Source: Candidatus Saccharibacteria bacterium UBA2952
GTDB lineage: Bacteria > Patescibacteriota > Saccharimonadia > Saccharimonadales > Saccharimonadaceae
Direction of reading: 5' to 3'
DNA length: 64,000 bases
Assembly (NCBI GenBank): GCA_002348605.1
Contig: DEBQ01000006.1
Location: forward strand, 78,715 to 142,714
Made by a program: the position numbers and the translations under genes. How positions within the stretch are numbered: position 1 is the first letter of the stretch; the number at the start of each line of letters is the position of its first letter. Positions 19,771 to 29,249 of the stretch are shown here, in pieces. A model generated the notes under the pieces. The model had not been told where the DNA came from, made no database searches, and saw nothing but the letters and a program-made list of their open reading frames with translations.

Positions 19771-20111
19771 CGGTTGTCGCCGCTGCCCTTTGTGAGGCCG
19801 CGTTCTTTGCGACTAAGGACCTTGTCCAAATTAGTCTGGGCGATTTCTTCAAGCGAGTAGCCGAGGTAAATGCCGACCGAATTGACATACCATAGCACGT
19901 CACCCAGCTCTTTCATGAGCTCTTTTTTGTCTTCATCGGTGGCGACTCCGTCTTTGTCGCGCAGGATTTTTTTGAACTTTTCAGCCACCTCACCTGCCTC
20001 GCCAACCAGTCCGAAGACTTTTTCGAGCATAGCGTGCGAATCGATTGGCTGGCCTTCTTTGTCGTATAGGTCAGTTGATATTGCTTGTGATGAGTAGTCT
20101 GAAATTTGCAT
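19767..20111 (-). CDS. MazG-like nucleotide pyrophosphohydrolase
   Basis: 114 aa; EAGEVAEKFKK and ELGDVLWY helices typical of the all-alpha NTP-PPase fold. Confidence 0.75.
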   Translation of the reverse strand: MQISDYSSQAISTDLYDKEGQPIDSHAMLEKVFGLVGEAGEVAEKFKKILRDKDGVATDEDKKELMKELGDVLWYVNSVGIYLGYSLEEIAQTNLDKVLSRKERGLTKGSGDNR

Positions 20112-20126
20112 TATGTTTGTCCTTTC

Positions 20127-21041
20127 TTATTGATGCCGTAAGCTAATGTGGTGCTTAGCATGCGGGTGTTTATGATGTTCAACGATATAAACTCCGAACA
20201 AAATCAGCACGCCACCGATAACCATTTCGGGCGACAGTTTTTCGTTCAGCACGACGACCGGAATCAAAATAGCGACGAATGTTTCGAGGTAGCCAAGCGC
20301 GCTCATAACAGCACCGCCCACGCGCTCGTACGACCAGACGTTCAGTGCCCTGCCGATCAGGGCTACAACAATACCGGAATAGCCGACAGCCAACCAATAT
20401 GGCATATCCGTCGGCGTATCAGCTTTGTTGCCAAACAGCAGGAACAGTACCAAGCTGACCGCAACCGCAAACCAGGCGCTTGTACCTATGACATCAGACA
20501 TGGTAACGCCACGCTCGTTTGCCCGGCGCATAAAAATAATAGCAATGGTATACGTGACGCAATTGATTAGCGCCAGTGCCGTCGCCAGCGGGTAAAAAGC
20601 CGTACCGTTCTGACTTAAAGCGATTGGCAGTATGACTAATGTCATAGCTCCGATCATGGCCAACGTTATACCGGCTGCCATGCGACGGTTGAAATTTTCG
20701 TGAAATACTTTGGTTGAAAGCGCGATGAAGATGATTGGCGTAGCCAATGTGACAATCGACACGTAGCTTGCCTGGCTGTGTAGGATGGCTAGCGCATATG
20801 CAATAAGAGCAACGCTAAGCGCAATACTAGTAATCAAGACATCACGCCGGGCCTTTGCCGCAAGCAGTGCTTTTCGGCCTCGAATCATGAACGGCAGACA
20901 AACGAGCCCGATTAAAATGAAGCGACACATCGTGAAATAGTACGGGTCAGCATGTAGCACCGTACTGCGTATGATCGTCGCGTTCGGGGCAGCCAACATG
21001 ACGGCGACAAGCGCCACTAAGAACCATTTGGAAGCTTTCAT
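20127..21041 (-). CDS. EamA/DMT family transporter
   Basis: 304 aa with 10 TM segments in a duplicated 5+5 layout. Confidence 0.8.
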   Translation of the reverse strand: MKASKWFLVALVAVMLAAPNATIIRSTVLHADPYYFTMCRFILIGLVCLPFMIRGRKALLAAKARRDVLITSIALSVALIAYALAILHSQASYVSIVTLATPIIFIALSTKVFHENFNRRMAAGITLAMIGAMTLVILPIALSQNGTAFYPLATALALINCVTYTIAIIFMRRANERGVTMSDVIGTSAWFAVAVSLVLFLLFGNKADTPTDMPYWLAVGYSGIVVALIGRALNVWSYERVGGAVMSALGYLETFVAILIPVVVLNEKLSPEMVIGGVLILFGVYIVEHHKHPHAKHHISLRHQ

Positions 21042-21047
21042 TCAGTC

Positions 21048-21692
21048 TTATTGTATCATCGGGGTCGCTCGTACCAGGTTTGTGGTCCGTCCTTCGTCGG
21101 TCCAACGCGCCTCGTAGGTCGTCATGATTTTGTAGTCGGAAGCAAGTTCGGAATCGTGAAGATCGAATGTGAGTTCTTGAATAAGCCACTGTTCGTGTAC
21201 CAGCTGTTCTAAGCTCCACAAAAAGAAGTCGCGTGAATCGTGCTTAAGTATGAACGAACCGTCACTAACGAGCAGGGTTCGGTAAATATTCAAGAAAGTC
21301 GGATGCGTCATTCGCCGACCGCTTGAACGCTTACGCGGGAATGGGTCTGGGAATGTAAGCCAGATTGTCTGGGCTGAGTGTTCGATAAAACAATCGGCCA
21401 GCTGGTCGGCCCGGGCGCGAAGAAACCTGATATTGGTTAGGCCTCGGGCCGCAGCCTCATACGCACCTTTTTGCAGCCTGTCGGCTTTGACATCGACTGC
21501 CACGAATTGCTTATTCGGGTAACGCTCGGCCAGTTCGACACTGAATAAGCCTGTGCCTGCACCGACTTCAATCACATCGACGGATGTCTTTTCCCACTCA
21601 TCTAGTTCGAAACAAAGCGGCGAGTTGGCGAATTTTGCGAATTTGTACTTTTTTCGTCGGCGAGTAATAACAAAATCGTTTGGATTGATCAT
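21048..21692 (-). CDS. trmB: tRNA (guanine-N7)-methyltransferase TrmB
   Basis: VIEVGAGTGLF SAM motif and the FPDPFPRKR signature. Confidence 0.85.
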   Translation of the reverse strand: MINPNDFVITRRRKKYKFAKFANSPLCFELDEWEKTSVDVIEVGAGTGLFSVELAERYPNKQFVAVDVKADRLQKGAYEAAARGLTNIRFLRARADQLADCFIEHSAQTIWLTFPDPFPRKRSSGRRMTHPTFLNIYRTLLVSDGSFILKHDSRDFFLWSLEQLVHEQWLIQELTFDLHDSELASDYKIMTTYEARWTDEGRTTNLVRATPMIQ

Positions 21693-22243
21693 CGAAGTCG
21701 TTCCGTATGCCCATCCGGCGCGACCCGTATAAGCTGCGACGGCGTGCTGTCAGTCACCGTACCGCCGTCGACATAAAAATCTACACCGCTACCAAAGTAC
21801 GCCGCTGCCTGATGAATATCCATTGCCGGCTCCTCGCCTTCGGGGTTGGCGCTTGGCGCGACGAGTGGCCCGGTATTTCTAAGTAGCTGCCGCAATGCCA
21901 CATCGTCCGGCAGCCGATAAGCTACCGAAGCGTTGTCGCGGCGAATCCATTCCGGCGCGTTTTCAGACGGTAAAATAATGCTAATTTTACCAGGCCATGA
22001 ACCGGCTATGACGTGCTTCGCTTGTTCGGTCGGTTCATCATATACCTGATCGGTCAGGCCAATGAGCACAATGGGAGATTTAGCTTCGTCTCGGTGCTTC
22101 AGGTCATAAATCCGCTGCACGGCTACCTCATCGTCGGCCCGACCAACCAAGCCATAAAGCGTATCAGTCCGAATAACACCAATACCGCCCGACTTAAGTA
22201 AGCGGATGATCTCGGGGTCATTGAGCGATGAGAACACTTTCAT
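21689..22243 (-). CDS. tsaC: L-threonylcarbamoyladenylate synthase (TsaC/YrdC/Sua5 family)
   Basis: 184 aa; RTDTLYGLVG and PSANPEGE motifs; 4-nt overlap with trmB. Confidence 0.8.
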   Translation of the reverse strand: MKVFSSLNDPEIIRLLKSGGIGVIRTDTLYGLVGRADDEVAVQRIYDLKHRDEAKSPIVLIGLTDQVYDEPTEQAKHVIAGSWPGKISIILPSENAPEWIRRDNASVAYRLPDDVALRQLLRNTGPLVAPSANPEGEEPAMDIHQAAAYFGSGVDFYVDGGTVTDSTPSQLIRVAPDGHTERLR

Positions 22244-22343
22244 ATGGCGTGCAGTTCTATGGACTTATCATTTCGCATTCGGACAAAAAAATGAGCCCTG
22301 CTCATTTTTCCTGCCACCTATTGCTAGTGCTATACTACCACAT

Positions 22344-23222
22344 ATGGACCCCTTCAAAAACCAACAGCTACTCTCGACACTCGGCACCTGGCTACAGGAT
22401 AATTGGTTCGAACTCGTCGTCATTTTTGCCGCAGCATTAATCGCCTACTTCGCCGGTACGCGGATTGTCGCCTTTATCGTTAAACGCGCCGTCAAAGGCG
22501 CCCGTCACCGGGCTTGGCACAAAAAAGATATCGAGAAACGACAAAAGACGTTGGTCGGGTTGTTCGTTAGCGTTTGGCGGATCGTCATTTTCTTCACGGT
22601 GTTATATGCCCTGCTGGCCGTCTTTTTCCCAAATATCGGTACGGCTATGGCTCCGCTGTTCGCGAGTGCTGGTATTATAGGCGTGGCTTTGGGGTTTGGC
22701 GCGCAGTCGCTGATAAAAGACTTTTTGTCAGGCATATTCATTATTTCTGAAAACCAGTACCGCGTTGGTGACGTCATTGACATCGAAGGGTTTTCGGGCA
22801 CAGTCGAGCGGATTGGCACCAGAAGCACGGTACTGCGCGATGTAGACGGCAACGTGCATTATTTCCCGAACGGCATGGTACAGCACGTCATTAACAAGAC
22901 CATGGGGTATAGCATGGCCCGGTTCACCATGCTACTTCACCCCGACACGGATATTGATATGGCTTCTGAGCTAATCGATACTGTCGGCAAGGCACTCAGC
23001 GAGGAAGAAACCTGGAAGGATAAGATTCTAAGTGCGCCTGCATTCGTTTCAGTCGGCGAAATCACTGGCAGTTCGGTCGAAATTATTGTTGCCGGTAAAA
23101 CACAACCGAGCGATCAGTGGAGCGTCGTATCAGAAATGCGCCGCCGTCTGTTAGAAGAATTTGAAAGCAAGCAAATCCGTCTTGCGGTCACCCCCTTCCC
23201 TGCCGCTGGGCTTAAAAAGTAA
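22344..23222 (+). CDS. Mechanosensitive ion channel MscS family
   Basis: 3 TM segments followed by QYRVGDVIDIEGFSGTVERIGTRSTVLR. Start at ATG 22344, 7 nt after TGcTATACT. Confidence 0.85.
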   Translation: MDPFKNQQLLSTLGTWLQDNWFELVVIFAAALIAYFAGTRIVAFIVKRAVKGARHRAWHKKDIEKRQKTLVGLFVSVWRIVIFFTVLYALLAVFFPNIGTAMAPLFASAGIIGVALGFGAQSLIKDFLSGIFIISENQYRVGDVIDIEGFSGTVERIGTRSTVLRDVDGNVHYFPNGMVQHVINKTMGYSMARFTMLLHPDTDIDMASELIDTVGKALSEEETWKDKILSAPAFVSVGEITGSSVEIIVAGKTQPSDQWSVVSEMRRRLLEEFESKQIRLAVTPFPAAGLKK

Positions 23223-23600
23223 CTAGTCTTGATCAAGCGCTAGAGCGCTATCGCTCAGCGCGTCGCCTGAAAAGGCGTCGATGTCAATCAGGGCTTCGGC
23301 GGCTTTTTTCTTATAGAGGGTGTCGAACTCATTCAAAGCCTCTTTCGTAATTGGTCCGTCGCCGGAAAAACCGTTAAAGACTTCTTTGTCTTTGGTCGCT
23401 TCTTGCCGGGCGCTGTCGTAGCCCGGTCGCGACAGATCAAGCTGGAGCGTCCCACTGCTCTGGTACAAGCTCAGCGCAACATACACCAAGAATAACGAAA
23501 TCAGAATGACCAAAATTACCATGCTGAAAAACTGGTGGGTGCGTACTGTGCGAATGGCAACGGTGTCGCGGCTCTCGGCAAAATGCGGGTGATCGCTCAT
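23223..23600 (-). CDS. Hypothetical membrane-anchored protein
   Basis: 125 aa with a single TM; 4-nt overlap with the upstream gene. Confidence 0.5.
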   Translation of the reverse strand: MSDHPHFAESRDTVAIRTVRTHQFFSMVILVILISLFLVYVALSLYQSSGTLQLDLSRPGYDSARQEATKDKEVFNGFSGDGPITKEALNEFDTLYKKKAAEALIDIDAFSGDALSDSALALDQD

Positions 23601-24127
23601 GAATGCTCCTTGTCATAGGCGGTCTTGAAGTCGGTGAACGTCGTGCCATACTGCCGCACAAGATTCTTGATAGTCTGGTTCGTCTTGGACAACTCGTTAC
23701 GCTTTTCACGTGCGGTCAAAAGTGCGTTATAAAAGGCTACCGGTTCGCGGGTGCAGTCGATTTCAAGTACCTTTGTCAGGGCGTTGTCGTATTGGATGTA
23801 TTGGTCGTAGAATTTGGTGTAGGCTTCGTTATAGTCAGCCGTTATGGTAAGTAGCGCGCCACCATCAAGCTGGTTCGATGCCAACCGGCGGTTCAAAGGG
23901 ACCATTAGTTTGTCACTGATCGTTCGGTACAGGTTGCCGCGGTCGTTGCGAAGAAACGCGTCGGTTTGATGTAACCGGTTCAGCGCTGCTTGGTTCTCAA
24001 CACAGCGGCTACGGATACGCGCCATCTTCTCCGGCGTAATGGTCGCGGCCGCTTCTGCCTGTCCTGCCGACACAAATAAACCAGCACCGAGCAGCAGTGC
24101 AGCCACCATTAAAAGACGAAATTTCAT
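23597..24127 (-). CDS. Hypothetical secreted protein
   Basis: 176 aa with an N-terminal signal-peptide-like MKFRLLMVAALLLGAGLFVSAGQAEA. Confidence 0.55.
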   Translation of the reverse strand: MKFRLLMVAALLLGAGLFVSAGQAEAAATITPEKMARIRSRCVENQAALNRLHQTDAFLRNDRGNLYRTISDKLMVPLNRRLASNQLDGGALLTITADYNEAYTKFYDQYIQYDNALTKVLEIDCTREPVAFYNALLTAREKRNELSKTNQTIKNLVRQYGTTFTDFKTAYDKEHS

Positions 24128-24152
24128 GCTTATTAGTATGCGACGTCCGCCC

Positions 24153-24953
24153 CTATTTGGTCAAATGAAGCCGACCGGCCGTAACCCTCACTAACCCGTC
24201 ACTCAAAAGACCGGAAAGCGCTAACTCAAATCGTCCGTCGGCTGATAGCTCACGACGCAGAGTCTGCTCGTCGCAATCACTAACTACCAACCGGCGCACG
24301 ATTTGTCCGCGTACTTGGCGGATACTTCCTTCGAGTGGCGACTGCTTTTTGTAGTGTTTGCTTGAAGTGTTATTCCGGACTCCTTGCGCTTTCAGCCAAC
24401 TGCCGTAGTCCATGAGCGACCAGTAAAATTCGCGAGGGTGCTCGCGGTCGAGCGTTTCGTTCAGTTTCTTTAAAATCTGCGTATCATCAACGGTTTCGGT
24501 GTCATTAAAGAAATGGTGAATGTAAACGGTACGGATATTCGTTTCTACAAAAATTGCAGGGGTGTTGAATGCGTAAGCCAAAATCGCTCCGGCAGTGTTC
24601 GTACCGACGCCAGGAAGGCTCAGTAATTCTGGTGCTGATTCCGGAAACCGCCCCTCAAACTCATTGACGACGCGTTTTGCCGCCTCGTGTAAAAATTTGG
24701 CGCGGCGATTATAGCCAAGACCTTGCCAGGCCATTAGGACATGGGCCAAACTGGCACTTGCTAGCGTTTGTTCGTCCGGAAAGGCGGCAATAAACGCTTC
24801 GAACTTTGGAATCACGCGGGGCACCTGCGTCTGCTGCAACATAAGTTCACTTACCAGTACGTAATACGGTCTGGTGTCATTGCGCCAAGGCATGTCGCGG
24901 TAGAGTTCTTTTCCCTTTTGCCATAACAGCACTTTAAACTCAGCGTTTTGCAC
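24153..24953 (-). CDS. HhH-GPD DNA glycosylase, MutY-like, without an Fe-S cluster loop
   Basis: SELMLQQTQV and LPGVGTNTAGAI helix-hairpin-helix motifs. The region where MutY/Nth carry Cx6Cx2Cx5C has no cysteines. Confidence 0.7.
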   Translation of the reverse strand: MQNAEFKVLLWQKGKELYRDMPWRNDTRPYYVLVSELMLQQTQVPRVIPKFEAFIAAFPDEQTLASASLAHVLMAWQGLGYNRRAKFLHEAAKRVVNEFEGRFPESAPELLSLPGVGTNTAGAILAYAFNTPAIFVETNIRTVYIHHFFNDTETVDDTQILKKLNETLDREHPREFYWSLMDYGSWLKAQGVRNNTSSKHYKKQSPLEGSIRQVRGQIVRRLVVSDCDEQTLRRELSADGRFELALSGLLSDGLVRVTAGRLHLTK

Positions 24954-24983
24954 CCCCTTATTGTACAGGGGTATACTAATAGA

Positions 24984-25514
24984 ATGACGACATACGTTCT
25001 AGCAGGAGGATGTTTTTGGTGCTTAGACGCCGTATTTAGGCGGCTTAATGGCGTTACTCAATCTACCTGCGGATATGCGGGCGGAACGAAAGAAGAAGCC
25101 GATTACTACCGTGTCGCAAGCGGTCAAACCGGACATGCCGAAAGCGTACGGGTAACCTTTGACGAATCAACGCTTCCCAAAGAAGACCTTCTGGACATTT
25201 TCTTCCTGATTCATAATCCCACGACCATAAACCGCCAAGGTGCGGATACCGGGCCGCAGTACCGTAGCGCGATGTTTTATGCCGACGACACGCAAAAAGC
25301 CGATTTCGAAGCCGCCGCCAACCGGTCCGCGCAAAACTGGGACGACCCGATTGTGACCGAACTGGCACCACTCGACGCGTTTTACGAAGCCGAACCTGAG
25401 CATCAGGATTACTTTACGAACAATCCCGCCAATCCATATTGCTCGGTCGTCATTAACCCCAAGGTCGTAAAAGCCAAAAAAGAATACGCTAAGTACTTCA
25501 AGGAGGTAGTATGA
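24984..25514 (+). CDS. msrA: Peptide methionine (S)-sulfoxide reductase MsrA
   Basis: GGCFWC active site at the N-terminus. Start at ATG 24984, 6 nt after TATACT. Confidence 0.9.
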   Translation: MTTYVLAGGCFWCLDAVFRRLNGVTQSTCGYAGGTKEEADYYRVASGQTGHAESVRVTFDESTLPKEDLLDIFFLIHNPTTINRQGADTGPQYRSAMFYADDTQKADFEAAANRSAQNWDDPIVTELAPLDAFYEAEPEHQDYFTNNPANPYCSVVINPKVVKAKKEYAKYFKEVV

Positions 25515-26149
25515 AACTAACCAAATATGAACACGCGTGTTTCACGGTAGAAAAAGATGGCAAGCTGCTTGTCGTCGACCCGGGTGGATGGACGACAGAC
25601 CTGCCGGCTCTTGAAAGCGTGGTCGCGGTCGTCGTGACGCACGAGCATCCGGATCACTTTGACGTGAATGCACTCGGCGCGATTATTAGCCATAATCCTG
25701 ATGCCCGTATTTATGCGCACGAAAATATTACCCGCCAGTTTGGTGACACGCTGCCGGCGACTGCCGTGGTTGCGGGTGAAGGTATTGAAGCCGGCCCGTT
25801 CAAATTGGAATTCTACGGCGGCGAGCACGCCACCATTCACCCTGACCTGGCGGTTGTTGCGAATCTTGGCGTCATGATAAATGGCAAAATTTATTACCCG
25901 GGCGATTCGTTCGTGCAGCCAGACCGCCCGGTTGACGTGCTTGCGCTTCCGACTACCGCACCATGGCTCAAAATCAGCGAAGTGTTTGACTTTTTGACAG
26001 CAGTCAAGCCGCGCCTAGCCTTCCCCACGCACGACGCCATATCGTCTGATGTCGGCAAACAGCTGCCGGACCGTATGGTCCCAATGTTCGCCGAAAAGGC
26101 TGGAACGACCTACCAGCGACTACACGAGCCGATTGAAATTAATGAATGA
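25511..26149 (+). CDS. MBL-fold metallo-hydrolase
   Basis: 212 aa with the THEHPDH metal-binding motif; overlaps msrA stop. Confidence 0.8.
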   Translation: MKLTKYEHACFTVEKDGKLLVVDPGGWTTDLPALESVVAVVVTHEHPDHFDVNALGAIISHNPDARIYAHENITRQFGDTLPATAVVAGEGIEAGPFKLEFYGGEHATIHPDLAVVANLGVMINGKIYYPGDSFVQPDRPVDVLALPTTAPWLKISEVFDFLTAVKPRLAFPTHDAISSDVGKQLPDRMVPMFAEKAGTTYQRLHEPIEINE

Positions 26150-26762
26150 GGCCCTAGAACATCTGCGAGCGAATGATCCCGTCATCGCACGGTTAATTAA
26201 TGATTACCCGGTCCCAACGCTCAAGAAACATGGGAATTATTACCAGGAACTGGTCGACAGTATTATTTCGCAGCAACTGAGCGTTCATGCTGCGCGGGCA
26301 ATCGAAGGCCGGTTCAAAGACCTGTTCGGCGGTCGCTTCCCGGAGCCGGAAGAAATCCTCACCAAAGACATCGAAGAGCTTCGGGCTATTGGATTCAGCC
26401 ATCCGAAAGCACGCTACGTCCAGGACCTGGCTCAGAAGATCATCGATGGTGAAGTCACATTCGAGGGAATCGATGACCTTACGAATGACGATATTATCAC
26501 CGAACTTACCAAGGTCAAAGGTATCGGCGAATGGACGGTACACATGTTTTTAATGTTTTGCATGGGCCGGCTCAATGTGCTGCCGGTCGGCGACCTTGGC
26601 ATCCGAAACGGCATAACCAAGCTGTACGAATTTGAAACGACTGTCACACCGGATGATGTACGGAATGTCGCCGAAAAAAATAACTGGCGACCGTATGAAT
26701 CGGTCGCCAGTTGGTACGTTTGGCAAAGTTTAGATAACGTGCCTGCTACTTCGTCGTCTTAG
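26142..26762 (+). CDS. HhH-GPD DNA-3-methyladenine glycosylase II (AlkA-like)
   Basis: QQLSVHAA, KVKGIGEWT hairpin and VGDLG(I) catalytic Asp region. ATG 26142 overlaps the preceding stop. Confidence 0.75.
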   Translation: MNEALEHLRANDPVIARLINDYPVPTLKKHGNYYQELVDSIISQQLSVHAARAIEGRFKDLFGGRFPEPEEILTKDIEELRAIGFSHPKARYVQDLAQKIIDGEVTFEGIDDLTNDDIITELTKVKGIGEWTVHMFLMFCMGRLNVLPVGDLGIRNGITKLYEFETTVTPDDVRNVAEKNNWRPYESVASWYVWQSLDNVPATSSS

Positions 26763-27144
26763 CTTTTGGCTTGACGTTAGCACGGACATCGCGTTCAACC
26801 GCCTTGGCGGTAGCTTTAGCATCTTTAGCGACACGTTCGCCGCGCACCTTAGCTTCTTGCGCTAAGCGCTCGGCTTCGTCGCGCATGACGACAGCTGAAT
26901 TACGAGCGCTCTCGGCCATACCCTTGGCTTCTTTGCCTACTTTGCCGGCACCGGTCTTGACCGATTCGCTAGCAGCAGCCGCAGCGGCTTTTGCCTGCTC
27001 GGCCCTTAGCTTGGCTTCGCCTTTAGCTTCTTCAGCTTTGTTTTTCAGGTCTTCGCGGGTTTCCTTACCGCTCTTCGGTGCGACCAAAATCCCGGCCACA
27101 AACCCGGCTAGGCTAGCGAATAATACTTTTAGTAAACGACTCAT
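26746..27144 (-). CDS. YtxH domain protein
   Basis: N-terminal TM plus APKSGKETREDLK, then an Ala/Lys-rich helical region. Confidence 0.7.
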   Translation of the reverse strand: MSRLLKVLFASLAGFVAGILVAPKSGKETREDLKNKAEEAKGEAKLRAEQAKAAAAAASESVKTGAGKVGKEAKGMAESARNSAVVMRDEAERLAQEAKVRGERVAKDAKATAKAVERDVRANVKPKAKTTK

Positions 27145-27152
27145 ATTTCCTC

Positions 27153-27371
27153 CTATTTCTTACGAAACGCTTTGACGGCTTCGGCGAACACCCTTGCAGG
27201 ATTCAGCCAGTTCGTTGCCGATGATATATTGTGCGTGATCGCATCGACGTTCTTCGCGATACTGTTCACCTTAATAATAACCAGTGTCACTGCCGCAAGC
27301 AACGCTATTATGACGACCGAAAGCAGTACGACTGCGATTGTGAGAAGCGTGACGATAAGATTTGTATCCAT
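27153..27371 (-). CDS. Small membrane protein (DUF948-like)
   Basis: 72 aa with a single TM, directly upstream of the YtxH gene as is usual for this pair. Confidence 0.55.
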   Translation of the reverse strand: MDTNLIVTLLTIAVVLLSVVIIALLAAVTLVIIKVNSIAKNVDAITHNISSATNWLNPARVFAEAVKAFRKK

Positions 27372-27416
27372 AGAGCACTGCCTTTCTTATGTTAGGAAGT
27401 TAGTATTATTAGTATA

Positions 27417-27974
27417 TCACTTTTCTTGTTGTTTTGCAATATGCACCATGTACGGCGCGAGGACTGTCAAACATAGAACAATGGTTATAAGGTGGCCTAC
27501 CGACCATATGACGTGCCGTTTCGAACCGATGACGCTCGAATATCTATGCCGTACCACGTTGTCGACCGCCGCCCGGACACTATGAATATCGACGTCAAAA
27601 TGTTCCGGCAGCGTATTGACGGCCTGGTCGAGCGCTGGGACTTTACGCCTAAGCATGGCAGAGATCGGTGTGTCGGGTCGGGCAACGCCGCAGAGTGTAA
27701 TAACGCGCGCGACCCGCTTGTCATTCACAGCCGTATGGAGCACTAGAGTAGCGCCGGCACTTTCGCCAACCAACACAATCCGTGATTTCGGAGGTGCTTT
27801 GTCGATGGCTGCTTTGATTACACTCATTTTTTGATCCATGTCCCGGCCGTCATACCAATCAAGTTTGGCTGGCGTGACCTTCGCGCCCCATAGCTTCCAC
27901 CAAAAAAGGGCTATCAACCGCAATCGATGATAGCCATCGCCAAGCCCTGGAACATATACGATATGGGTCGTCAT
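27417..27974 (-). CDS. Alpha/beta hydrolase-like protein
   Basis: 185 aa with the nucleophile-elbow-like VGESAGA; TATACT lies 7 nt upstream of the ATG. Confidence 0.6.
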   Translation of the reverse strand: MTTHIVYVPGLGDGYHRLRLIALFWWKLWGAKVTPAKLDWYDGRDMDQKMSVIKAAIDKAPPKSRIVLVGESAGATLVLHTAVNDKRVARVITLCGVARPDTPISAMLRRKVPALDQAVNTLPEHFDVDIHSVRAAVDNVVRHRYSSVIGSKRHVIWSVGHLITIVLCLTVLAPYMVHIAKQQEK

Positions 27975-28008
27975 GTCCTCAAGTATATCAGCGTGCTACA
28001 GTGGAACT

Positions 28009-28458
28009 ATGAGCAGAATTACAGTAGCCAGGGCTTTGACGGCACGATTTGCACGGCGCTTTGTCCGGCTGGCCGACATTCTTGTTGCTGTAATCACGAT
28101 TATTTTAGTTGCCGGAGTATGGGCACTCACCTACTTTTTCAGCGCCTGGTGGTGGCTGCTTGTTCTGCCACTATTGTTCCTGCTCGGGTTATATGTCATC
28201 GTCCGGCTTATCGTTGCGGTTATCATTTCACATGTACATGTTGGCCAACTAAGTAAAGGGCAGCGAACAGCGCTCGATGATTTTATCGATAAAGTTCAGC
28301 AAGCCATCGAAGCCCGCGCCACTCCCTTGCCGCTCATCGCTCTAATCTGTATAAAGGATATCGTTGTCCACCGCGACCTTACGACGGTACGAAAAATCAT
28401 CAGCGAAACCGCTGGCCTGCGCCGTGATTACCAAGACTTAGAAAAGTTATTTACCTAA
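28009..28458 (+). CDS. Hypothetical membrane protein
   Basis: Start moved from 27973 to ATG 28009, 6 nt after TGcTACAGT; two TM helices. Confidence 0.5.
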   Translation: MSRITVARALTARFARRFVRLADILVAVITIILVAGVWALTYFFSAWWWLLVLPLLFLLGLYVIVRLIVAVIISHVHVGQLSKGQRTALDDFIDKVQQAIEARATPLPLIALICIKDIVVHRDLTTVRKIISETAGLRRDYQDLEKLFT

Positions 28459-29249
28459 GAGTGCTTTCGCACCCAGGTCGTCATTTCAGTTTCGACTTTG
28501 GCTAACCCATCATCGATTTGATCGGTCTTCGCATTTCGATAGCTATGTTGCAGCCCATCAACAACAATGAGTTCTTTTTCTCCTGGAATTTTCTGCATGA
28601 GTAACTCTTGGTGGGCTGGTGGACACGGCTCATCTTGACTGCCTACAATATCGAGAACTGGCATGGTAAGGTTGTGAGCAAGTGGTAGTAGATCGAACTT
28701 TTTCAAACTCTCTTGGCATGCCCAACCGATCTTATGGACGACACCCGGTCGGGAGGAACTTGGTGATTCTTTATACCCCCTTTGCTTATATAGCTCAAAC
28801 TCGTTAGGGTCCATGGTTGAGCTAAGAAGCTCGTAGTTAATAACCGGCGCCATTGTAGCCAGAAGAGATACTTCTTCAGGGTGATGTTCAGCATACCAGG
28901 CGGTCGATTGGGCTCCCATACTATGTCCACTGAGTGCAAAAGGCTGCTTGAACCAATCTTGAGTTCGCGCCCATTCAATTACATCTTCAAGGTCGCTTAT
29001 GTAGGTGTCGTAGGTGACATCGAACAGATCACCTTCACTTTCGCCTACTGAATGGGTAGCATCAAATCGAACCACTATATATCCGTTATCCAGGAAAGCC
29101 CGTGCGAATGCCTGTATGTGCGGTTGATCTTTTGAGCCTTTTTGTCCGTGCGCAACGAATGCAAGCTTGTCTGCAGTATCGTCCTGAGACTCTATTACCA
29201 TGACGATCTTGAGCCCAGCTCTATTAGTAATCGTCTGCTTGGTATTCAT
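28455..29249 (-). CDS. Alpha/beta hydrolase
   Basis: 264 aa with the GHSMG nucleophile elbow; start overlaps aspS stop (TAATG). Confidence 0.75.
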   Translation of the reverse strand: MNTKQTITNRAGLKIVMVIESQDDTADKLAFVAHGQKGSKDQPHIQAFARAFLDNGYIVVRFDATHSVGESEGDLFDVTYDTYISDLEDVIEWARTQDWFKQPFALSGHSMGAQSTAWYAEHHPEEVSLLATMAPVINYELLSSTMDPNEFELYKQRGYKESPSSSRPGVVHKIGWACQESLKKFDLLPLAHNLTMPVLDIVGSQDEPCPPAHQELLMQKIPGEKELIVVDGLQHSYRNAKTDQIDDGLAKVETEMTTWVRKHS

